From positions 86,554 to 150,553 of the forward strand of contig JBMOOF010000058.1 of assembly GCA_049323695.1 (NCBI GenBank): a stretch of 64,000 nt of DNA. The letters are read 5' to 3'. The translations under genes and the position numbers were made by a program. Shown here piece after piece: positions 46,621-53,747 of this stretch. This DNA comes from Pseudomonadota bacterium (lineage in GTDB: Bacteria; Pseudomonadota; Alphaproteobacteria; Caulobacterales; Caulobacteraceae). The first letter of the stretch is position 1, and the number at the start of each line of letters is the position of its first letter. The notes beneath the pieces are model-generated. The model was not told the DNA's origin. It worked only from the letters and a program-made list of their open reading frames with translations, and did no database searches.

Positions 46621-46736
46621 TCCCCTTCGGAGGAAGGGGACCCTTCGCAGCCGAGGGCGAGGCGGGTGGAGGGGTTCAAGCGGCGGTTCGACCTCTCCGC
46701 CGCCGTCCGGGTGGGCCCCCTCCCCTGACGGGGAGG
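46621..46736. repeat. mosaic palindromic intergenic element, degenerate copy (same family as 52023-52159)
   Basis: Terminal hairpins TCCCCTT-cggagg-AAGGGGA (46621-46640) and CCTCCCC-tgac-GGGGAGG (46719-46736). The right half, CCTCTCC-N18-CCCCTCCCCTGAcGGGGAGG, parallels 52116-52159. Confidence 0.65.
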
Positions 46737-46755
46737 AACAGGCTATGGCCACACC

Positions 46756-47685
46756 ATGTCCCACGTCCTGCCCGACGCCGCCCCGACCAACTGGGTGGAT
46801 CGACTTGCCCCGGCGCCGCTGCGGCCCTGGCTGAAGCTGGGGCGGTTCGACCGGCCGACGGGGATCTGGCTGCTGATGCTGCCGGGCTGGATGGGCATCG
46901 CCCTCGCCGCCGCCATGCAGGGCAGGGCGCCCGATCCGGTCCTGATGGGGCTGTTCCTCCTCGGCGCGGCGCTGATGCGGGCGGCGGGCTGCGCCTACAA
47001 CGACATCGTCGACCGGGACATCGACGCCAGGGTCGCCCGCACCGCCGGCCGGCCGATCCCGTCCGGCCAGATCAGCGTGAGACAGGCCTGGGCCTTCCTG
47101 GTCGGCTGTTCGCTGGCCGGGCTGCTGATCCTGCTGACCCTGAACGGCTGGGCCATCGGCCTGGGCGTCGCCTCGCTGGCGCTGGTGGCGGCCTATCCGT
47201 TCATGAAGCGCATCACCTGGTGGCCGCAGGCCTGGCTCGGCCTGACCTTCAACTGGGGCGCGCTGATGGGCTTCGCCGCGGCGGCGGGGGCGCCGGGCTG
47301 GCCGGCGATCCTGCTCTACCTGGGCCTGGTGTTCTGGACGCTCGGCTACGACACCATCTACGCCGTCCAGGATCTGGAGGACGACGCCCTGGCCGGGGTG
47401 AAGTCCTCCGCCCGCCGCCTGGGCGAGGCGGCGCCGCGGGCGGTGCTGGGCTTCTACGCGGTCTGTTTCGCGCTGGTGATCGCCGGCGCCTGGGCGGGCG
47501 GCCTCGGCCCGCTGTTCCTGCCGCCGGCGGCGCTGTTCGCCCTGCACCTGTCGCGCCAGGCCGCCGCGCTCGACCTCGCCGATCCCGCCAGGGCGCTGAC
47601 CCTCTTCAAGTCCAACACCATCGCCGGACTGATCCTCGTGGCCGCCCTGATGCTCGGCCTGTGGAAGCCGGCGGGGATGTTCTGA
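46756..47685 (+). CDS. ubiA: 4-hydroxybenzoate polyprenyltransferase
   Basis: Track ORF, 309 aa. GRFDRPTGIWLL, AAGCAYNDIVDRDIDARVARTAGRPIPSG, YDTIYAVQDLEDD. Confidence 0.92.
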   Translation: MSHVLPDAAPTNWVDRLAPAPLRPWLKLGRFDRPTGIWLLMLPGWMGIALAAAMQGRAPDPVLMGLFLLGAALMRAAGCAYNDIVDRDIDARVARTAGRPIPSGQISVRQAWAFLVGCSLAGLLILLTLNGWAIGLGVASLALVAAYPFMKRITWWPQAWLGLTFNWGALMGFAAAAGAPGWPAILLYLGLVFWTLGYDTIYAVQDLEDDALAGVKSSARRLGEAAPRAVLGFYAVCFALVIAGAWAGGLGPLFLPPAALFALHLSRQAAALDLADPARALTLFKSNTIAGLILVAALMLGLWKPAGMF

Positions 47686-47735
47686 GGGACAATTGGCGGC
47701 TGTCCTCGACGGCTCCGAAATGAGATAAATCCCCC

Positions 47736-48701
47736 ATGGCCGTCGCCGCGCGCGTGAAACCCAGGGACTTCTTCAGCGACGAGGAATGGGTGCCGCTGGC
47801 GGCCCGTTCGTCGTGGCGGGGGCTGTGGCTGATCGCCCACGCCTGGCTGACCATCCTGGCCGCCGGCGCGCTCGTCGTCGTCTGGCCCAACCCGCTGACC
47901 CTGGTCGTCGCGGTGGTGGTGATCGGCGCCCGGCAGCTGGGCCTCGCCATCCTGATGCACGACGGCGCCCACGGCTGCCTGCACCCCAGCCAGGCTGTCA
48001 ACGATTGGGTCGGCCACTGGCTCTGCGGCGCCCCGACCAACGGCGACCTGCGCCGCTACCGCGACTACCATCTCAAGCACCACAAGTTCGCCCAGCAGGC
48101 CGAGGATCCCGACCTGGGCCTGTCGGCGCCCTTTCCGATCACGCGGCAGTCGCTGTGGCGCAAGGCGGTCCGCGACCTGACCGGCCAGACTTTCTACAAG
48201 CAGCGCATCCAGCCCAGCCTCGACGCCTTCAGGACCGGCAAGGCCAGGGGCGTTCCCTTCGGCAAGACCTTCAAGGGCGTGCTGACCTTCTGGTCGCCGT
48301 TCCTGATCTTCCACGTTCCGGTGATCGTCGCGCTGTCGGCGTCCGGCCTGTGGTGGGCCTGGCCGGCGCTGTGGCTGTTGCCGATGGCGACCTGGTACCC
48401 GCTGATCACCCGCCTGCGGAACATCGCCGAGCACGCCCTGGTGGCGAAGGCCGAGCCCGATCCCCTGCGCCACGCCCGCACGACCCTGGCCGGCCCGATC
48501 GAGCGCCTGATCCTCGCGCCCTACTATGTGAACTACCACTGCGAACATCACATGTTCATGCACGTGCCCTGCTGGAACCTGCCCAGGGTGCACCGGCTGC
48601 TGCGCGAGAAGGGCGTGCTGGACCGGATGCTGACCGCGCCGGGGTACATCACCGTGCTCAGGGAAGCGTCCTCCAAGGGCCTGGTCCCCGGCGCCGCGTG
48701 A
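47736..48701 (+). CDS. membrane fatty-acid-desaturase-family (His-box di-iron) protein
   Basis: Track ORF, 321 aa. Three His boxes: HDGAHG, HLKHH, HCEHH. TM segments precede box 1. Confidence 0.8.
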   Translation: MAVAARVKPRDFFSDEEWVPLAARSSWRGLWLIAHAWLTILAAGALVVVWPNPLTLVVAVVVIGARQLGLAILMHDGAHGCLHPSQAVNDWVGHWLCGAPTNGDLRRYRDYHLKHHKFAQQAEDPDLGLSAPFPITRQSLWRKAVRDLTGQTFYKQRIQPSLDAFRTGKARGVPFGKTFKGVLTFWSPFLIFHVPVIVALSASGLWWAWPALWLLPMATWYPLITRLRNIAEHALVAKAEPDPLRHARTTLAGPIERLILAPYYVNYHCEHHMFMHVPCWNLPRVHRLLREKGVLDRMLTAPGYITVLREASSKGLVPGAA

Positions 48702-49348
48702 TCACCGACCGCGTCGCCTTTGTTCGCGAGAACACCCGGCTGCAGGCGCCGCCGCATGCGCCGGAGCTGGTGCTGCACCTGGCCGACGAGATCACGCCGA
48801 TCTGGAGGCTGACCGAGGAGGCCCTGTCGGAGATCGGGCTGCCGCCGCCGTTCTGGGCCTTCGCCTGGGCGGGCGGGCAGGCGCTGTCGCGGTACATTCT
48901 CGACCATCCGGACGTCGTCGCCGGCAGGCGGGTGGTGGACTTCGCCGCCGGCTCGGGGATCGTCGCCATCGCGGCCATGAAGGCGGGCGCGGCCTCGGCC
49001 CTGGCCGCCGACATCGACCTGTTCTGCGGGGCGGCGGTGGCGGCCAATGCGGCGGCGAACGGGGTGGCCGTGGCCTTCACCGACGCGAACCTGCTCGACA
49101 GCCCGCCGCCGGCCGAAGCGGACGTCATCCTGGCGGGCGACATCTGCTACGAGAAGCCCCTGGCCGAGCGGGTGCTGGCCTGGCTGGCCGCCGCGCACGA
49201 GGCCGGCAAGACGGTGCTGATCGGCGACCCGGGACGGACCTACTTCCCGAAGGAAGGGCTCCGGAAGCTGGCCGAATACCAGGTGCCGACCACCCGCGAG
49301 CTCGAGGACATGGAAGTCAAGCGGACCAGCGTCTGGACCTTTCCGTGA
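48698..49348 (+). CDS. class I SAM-dependent methyltransferase (NNT1/EFM7-like, COG3897-type)
   Basis: GTG 48698 overlaps the desaturase stop (GTGA). It is the C-terminal part of track ORF 47786-49348. Motif I VVDFAAGSGIVAIAA, then ADVILAGDICYE. Confidence 0.75.
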   Translation: MITDRVAFVRENTRLQAPPHAPELVLHLADEITPIWRLTEEALSEIGLPPPFWAFAWAGGQALSRYILDHPDVVAGRRVVDFAAGSGIVAIAAMKAGAASALAADIDLFCGAAVAANAAANGVAVAFTDANLLDSPPPAEADVILAGDICYEKPLAERVLAWLAAAHEAGKTVLIGDPGRTYFPKEGLRKLAEYQVPTTRELEDMEVKRTSVWTFP

Positions 49349-49406
49349 GGGTGGTTGACTCCCGTTCGCCGGAGTGAACAAATAGGGAACACCTGGAGCG
49401 GCGGCC

Positions 49407-49751
49407 ATGCGCGAAGACGGCAAGATCGACTATATCGAGTTCCCGACGGCGGACGTTCCGGCGGTGAAGGCCTTCTACGCCAGGGCCTTCGGCTGGACCT
49501 GGGTCGACTACGGGCCCGACTACGCCGCCTTCGAGGGCGCGGCGGTGGACGGCGGCTTCAACGGCCACGAGGGCGATGCGGTCGCCAAGCCCCTGGTGGT
49601 TCTCTACGCCCACGACCTGGAGGCCATGAAGGCCAGGGTCGAGGCGGCCGGCGGCACGGTGCTGCGGCCGATCTACAGTTTCCCGGGCGGCCGCCGCTTC
49701 CACTTCGCCGACCCGTCGGGGAACGAGCTGGCGGTCTGGAGCGCGGCGTAG
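49407..49751 (+). CDS. VOC (glyoxalase/bleomycin-resistance) family protein
   Basis: Track ORF, 114 aa. IDYIEFPTADV..FY...FGW and ..GGRRFHFADPSGNELAVW. Confidence 0.85.
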   Translation: MREDGKIDYIEFPTADVPAVKAFYARAFGWTWVDYGPDYAAFEGAAVDGGFNGHEGDAVAKPLVVLYAHDLEAMKARVEAAGGTVLRPIYSFPGGRRFHFADPSGNELAVWSAA

Positions 49752-49761
49752 GCCGGACGTG

Positions 49762-49868
49762 GGGGCGAGCGGCGAGGGGCGAGCGGGGGCGATCGGACGC
49801 GCCGCGCAGGGTCCCGGAAGTCCTCTTCCCTCGCCCCTAGTCCCTCGCCCCTAGTCCCTCGCCCCTGA
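49762..49868. repeat. 14-nt-period G-rich repeats (49762-49794) and three complementary tandem 14-mers TCCCTCGCCCCTAG (49827-49868)
   Basis: GGGGCGAGC occurs at 49762 and 49776. TCCCTCGCCCCTAG occurs at 49827 and 49841, with TCCCTCGCCCCTga at 49855. The core CTCGCCCC is the reverse complement of GGGGCGAG. Confidence 0.85.
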
Positions 49869-49914
49869 CCCCCCCTATAGTCCCCGACTTCAGCACCGCC
49901 GGGGAGTCCCGCCC

Positions 49915-51678
49915 ATGCGTCGCCGCACCTTTCTCGCCGCCCTGCCGGCCGCCGCCCTGGCCACGACCGCCGCGGCCCAGAGCCGGCGTGAGAATCCCAA
50001 CCTCAACCGGCCGGACGTCCGGGGCGGCGACCGCATCGACGGGGCGACCTTCGCCAGCCGCTCGGCCGCCTGGGGCGTCCACGGGGCGGCGGCGACGGCG
50101 CATCCGCTGGCGACGCTGGCGGCCATCGACATCCTGCGCCGGGGCGGCTCGGCGGTGGACGCGGCCATCGCGGCCAACGCCTGCCTGGGCTTCCTGGAGC
50201 CGATCGCCTGCGGCATCGGCGGCGACTGCTTCGTCATGCTCTGGGATCCCAAGACGAAGACGGTCGTGGGCCTCAACGGCTCCGGCCGCTCGCCGCGCGG
50301 GCTGTCGCTGGAGACCGTCCGGTCCCGCGCCCGCGACGGCAAGCTGCCCAGCTTCGGCGCCGTCACCGTCACCGTGCCCGGGACCGTCCAGGCCTGGTGG
50401 GACCTGCACCAGCGCTACGGCAAGCTGCCGTGGAAGGCTCTGTTCGAGCCGGCCATCGCCCATGCCGAGGAGGGCGCGCCGGTCAGCCAGAACGTCGCCT
50501 ACTACCTCGCCGCCTCGGTGCGACGGTTCACCGATCCGGCGTCCGGCATCGAGGAGATCGACAACTTCCGCAAAGTCTGGATGGCCGGCGGGCGCGCGCC
50601 GCGCGAGGGCGAGGTGTTCCGCAACCCCGGTCTCGCCGCCACCTACCGCCGCATCGCCGCCGAGGGGCGCGAGGGCTTCTACGGCGGCGAGACCGCCGCG
50701 GCCATCGAGCGCTACTTCAAGCGCATCGGCGGCTGGATGACGAAGGCCGACCTCGCCGCCCACCGCAGCGAATGGACGACGCCGCTGGTCAGCGCCTATC
50801 GCGGCGTCGACGTCTATGGCCTGGCGCCCAATACCCAGGGCCTGTCGACCCTGCAGCTGCTCAACATCCTCGAGACCTTCGACGTCAGGGCCATGGGCTT
50901 CCAGTCGACGGCGGCGATCCACCATGCGGTGGAGGCCAAGCGCCTGGCCTTCGAGGACCGCGCCCGCTTCTTCGCCGATCCCGACTACGCCCGGATCCCG
51001 GTCGAGTGGCTGAACTCGAAGGCCTACGCGGCCGAGCGGGCCAGGCTGATCCGCCCCGACCGGATCCTCACGCCCGTCCACGCCGGCCAGGCCCCGGCGC
51101 AGGGCGACACCACCTATTTCTGCACCGCCGACAGCGACGGGATGATGGTCTCCCACATCCAGTCCAACTACAGGGGCATGGGCTCGGGCCTGTCGCCGGA
51201 CGGCCTGGGCTTCATGTTCCAGGACCGGGGCGAGCTGTTCGCCCTGACCGACGGCCACCCGAACCTCTACGCGCCCGGCAAGCGGCCGTTCCACACCATC
51301 ATCCCCGGCTTCGCGGTCAGGGACGGCGCGCCCTGGCTGGCGTTCGGCGTCATGGGCGGCGACATGCAGCCCCAGGGCCAGGCCCAGATCATCAGCAACA
51401 TGGTCGATTTCGGCCTCGACCTGCAGGCGGCCGGCGACAGCCCGCGCTGGCACCACGAGGGCGGTTCGGAGCCGACGGGCGAGCGGCTCGGCGAGCCTGG
51501 GCTGCTGCGGCTGGAGACCGGCGTGCCGGAGGCGACCAGGAAGGGCCTCGCCGACCTCGGCTGGAAACTGGGCGGCAGCGACGGCGGCTTCGGCGGCTAC
51601 CAGGCCATCGAGCGCTGGCCCGGCCGCTGGACCGCCGCCAGCGAGATGCGCAAGGACGGCATGGCGCTGGCCTGGTGA
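49915..51678 (+). CDS. ggt: gamma-glutamyltransferase
   Basis: Track ORF, 587 aa. Tat/Sec-like signal MRRRTFLAALPAAALA. GGSAVDAAIAA, GIGGDCF, autoprocessing site GDTTYF, GGDMQPQG. Confidence 0.93.
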   Translation: MRRRTFLAALPAAALATTAAAQSRRENPNLNRPDVRGGDRIDGATFASRSAAWGVHGAAATAHPLATLAAIDILRRGGSAVDAAIAANACLGFLEPIACGIGGDCFVMLWDPKTKTVVGLNGSGRSPRGLSLETVRSRARDGKLPSFGAVTVTVPGTVQAWWDLHQRYGKLPWKALFEPAIAHAEEGAPVSQNVAYYLAASVRRFTDPASGIEEIDNFRKVWMAGGRAPREGEVFRNPGLAATYRRIAAEGREGFYGGETAAAIERYFKRIGGWMTKADLAAHRSEWTTPLVSAYRGVDVYGLAPNTQGLSTLQLLNILETFDVRAMGFQSTAAIHHAVEAKRLAFEDRARFFADPDYARIPVEWLNSKAYAAERARLIRPDRILTPVHAGQAPAQGDTTYFCTADSDGMMVSHIQSNYRGMGSGLSPDGLGFMFQDRGELFALTDGHPNLYAPGKRPFHTIIPGFAVRDGAPWLAFGVMGGDMQPQGQAQIISNMVDFGLDLQAAGDSPRWHHEGGSEPTGERLGEPGLLRLETGVPEATRKGLADLGWKLGGSDGGFGGYQAIERWPGRWTAASEMRKDGMALAW

Positions 51679-51679
51679 G

Positions 51680-52072
51680 ATGACCCGCGAGGAGTTCCAC
51701 GCCGTCGTCATGGCCTTCCCCGGCGCCGAGGAGGGGATGAGCTACGGCCAGCCGTCCTACAAGGTGAACGGCAAGTTCTTCACGCGGGTCCGCCGGGACG
51801 ACGCCAGCGCCGTGATCATGGAGGTGTCGTTCGACGAACGCGACCTGCTGCTCGAGGTCGAGCCGGAGACCTTCCATCTCACCGCCCACTACAAGGACTA
51901 CCCCTGCGTCCTGGCGCGGCTGGCGACCCTGAACCCCGACCAGCTGCGCGGCTTTCTCGAACGCCGCTGGCGGAAGGCCGCGCCGAAGGCGGCGGTCAAG
52001 GCGTGGGACGCCAACAAGTCGTCCTCTCCTTCAGGAGAGGGGGACCACCCGAAGGGTGGTGGAGAGGTTTGA
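51680..52072 (+). CDS. MmcQ/YjbR family protein; the last ~16 codons and the stop are contributed by a repeat element
   Basis: Track ORF, 130 aa. FPGAEEGMSYGQPSYKVNGKFF..HLTAHYKDYP. The tail [16 protein letters not shown] is read from element 52023-52075. Confidence 0.8.
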   Translation: MTREEFHAVVMAFPGAEEGMSYGQPSYKVNGKFFTRVRRDDASAVIMEVSFDERDLLLEVEPETFHLTAHYKDYPCVLARLATLNPDQLRGFLERRWRKAAPKAAVKAWDANKSSSPSGEGDHPKGGGEV

Positions 52073-52159
52073 AGGCCTGAGCATGTCAGGCGGATTAGCC
52101 GCTCCTGACTTCAAGCCTCTCCACCATGCTTCGCATGGTCCCCCTCCCCTGAAGGGGAG
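52023..52159. repeat. mosaic palindromic element: two inverted ~52-nt half-copies around a central hairpin
   Basis: Left half 52023-52075, central hairpin GTCAGGCGG..CCGCTCCTGAC, right half 52109-52159. Local hairpins: CCTCTCC-ttca-GGAGAGG, ACCACCC-gaa-GGGTGGT, ACCATGC-ttc-GCATGGT, CCTCCCC-tgaa-GGGGAGG. Long-range pairing: GGAGAGGTTTGAAG with CTTCAAGCCTCTCC. Confidence 0.85.
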
Positions 52160-52215
52160 GTTGTCGCGCTTCATTTCTCCCCCTAGCTTCCGCCGCGCGG
52201 AACGGGAGCGAGACC

Positions 52216-53745
52216 TTGGCCTATCGGTCGCTGCGGGACTTCATCGCCAGGCTGGAAGCGGACGGCGAGCTGGTGCGGGTGACCGAGCCCGTGCGGACCG
52301 AGCTGGAGATGACCGAGATCTGCACCCGGCTGCTGGCCGGCGGCGGTCCGGCGGTGCTGTTCGAAAAGCCGGTCATGCCCGACGGCTCGATCTCGCCGAC
52401 GCCGTGCCTGGCCAACCTGTTCGGGACGGTGAAGCGGGTGGCGATGGGCGTCACCCTCGGCGGCGAGCCGCGGACGACCGCCGGCGAGCTGCGCGAGGTC
52501 GGCGAGCTGCTGGCCTTCCTGCGCCAGCCCGAGCCGCCGCGCGGAATCAAGGACGCCATGGACCTGCTGCCGCTGGCGCGGACCGTGATGTCGATGCGGC
52601 CCAGGACGGTGAAGACCGCGCCGGTGCAGCAGGTGGTGCTGAAGGGCGACCGGATCGATCTCACCAGGCTGCCCGTGCAGGGCTGCTGGCCCGGCGAGCC
52701 GGCGCCCCTGATCACCTGGCCGCTGGTGGTGACCCGGGGACCGTCGGACTCGAAGGAGGACGACTACAACCTCGGCATCTACCGCATGCAGGTCCTGGGC
52801 AGGGACCGGGCGATCATGCGCTGGCTGGCCCACCGCGGCGGGGCCCAGCACTACGCCCGTCACAAGAAGAGCGGCAAGCCCGAGCCGCTGCCCGCCTGCG
52901 CCGTCATCGGGGCCGATCCCGGGGTCATCCTGGCGGCGGTGACGCCGGTGCCCGACACCCTGTCGGAGTACCAGTTCGCCGGCCTGCTGCGCGGGAGCAA
53001 GGTCGACCTGGTTCCCGCGAAGACCGTCCCGTTGATGGTCCCGGCCCAGGCCGAGATCGTCATCGAGGGGCACGTCCTGCTCGACGAGCACGCCGACGAG
53101 GGGCCCTACGGCGATCACACCGGCTACTACAACAGCGTCGAGCGCTTCCCGGTCTTCCAGGCCACCGCGGTGACCATGCGCAAGGACGCCCTCTACCACA
53201 CCACCTTCACCGGCCGGCCGCCGGACGAGCCGTCGGTGCTGGGCGAGGCGCTGAACGAGGTCTTCATCCCCCTGTTCCAGCAGCAGTTCCCGGAGGTGGT
53301 CGACTTCTGGCTGCCGCCCGAGGGCTGCAGCTACCGCATCGCCGTGGTGTCGATGAAGAAGGCCTACGCGGGCCACGCCAGGCGGGTGATGCTCGGCGTC
53401 TGGAGCTATCTGCGCCAGTTCATGTACACCAAGTGGGTGATCGTCGTGGACGACGACATCGACGCCCGCGACTGGAAGGACGTGATGTGGGCGGTGTCCA
53501 CGCGGATGGATCCGGCGCGGGACATCACGGTCATCGAGAACACCCCGATCGACTACCTCGACTTCGCCAGCCCGGAGAGCGGCCTCGGCAGCAAGATCGG
53601 CCTCGACGCCACCAACAAGCTGCCGCCCGAGACGAAGCGCGAGTGGGGCGAGAAGATCCGCATGGACCCGGACGTGGTCGACCGGGTCAGCGAGATGTGG
53701 GGCCGGCTGGGCCTTCCCGGTGACGGCAGGCCGATCTGGAAGTAG
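52216..53745 (+). CDS. ubiD: UbiD family decarboxylase (4-hydroxy-3-polyprenylbenzoate decarboxylase)
   Basis: Track ORF, 509 aa, TTG start with GGGAG 7 nt upstream. [41 protein letters not shown]. Confidence 0.92.
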   Translation: MAYRSLRDFIARLEADGELVRVTEPVRTELEMTEICTRLLAGGGPAVLFEKPVMPDGSISPTPCLANLFGTVKRVAMGVTLGGEPRTTAGELREVGELLAFLRQPEPPRGIKDAMDLLPLARTVMSMRPRTVKTAPVQQVVLKGDRIDLTRLPVQGCWPGEPAPLITWPLVVTRGPSDSKEDDYNLGIYRMQVLGRDRAIMRWLAHRGGAQHYARHKKSGKPEPLPACAVIGADPGVILAAVTPVPDTLSEYQFAGLLRGSKVDLVPAKTVPLMVPAQAEIVIEGHVLLDEHADEGPYGDHTGYYNSVERFPVFQATAVTMRKDALYHTTFTGRPPDEPSVLGEALNEVFIPLFQQQFPEVVDFWLPPEGCSYRIAVVSMKKAYAGHARRVMLGVWSYLRQFMYTKWVIVVDDDIDARDWKDVMWAVSTRMDPARDITVIENTPIDYLDFASPESGLGSKIGLDATNKLPPETKREWGEKIRMDPDVVDRVSEMWGRLGLPGDGRPIWK

Positions 53746-53747
53746 CC

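Noticed and set aside
49837-51711. 624-aa minus-strand ORF.
   Set aside because: It is antisense to the well-supported gamma-glutamyltransferase gene and has shadow-frame composition.
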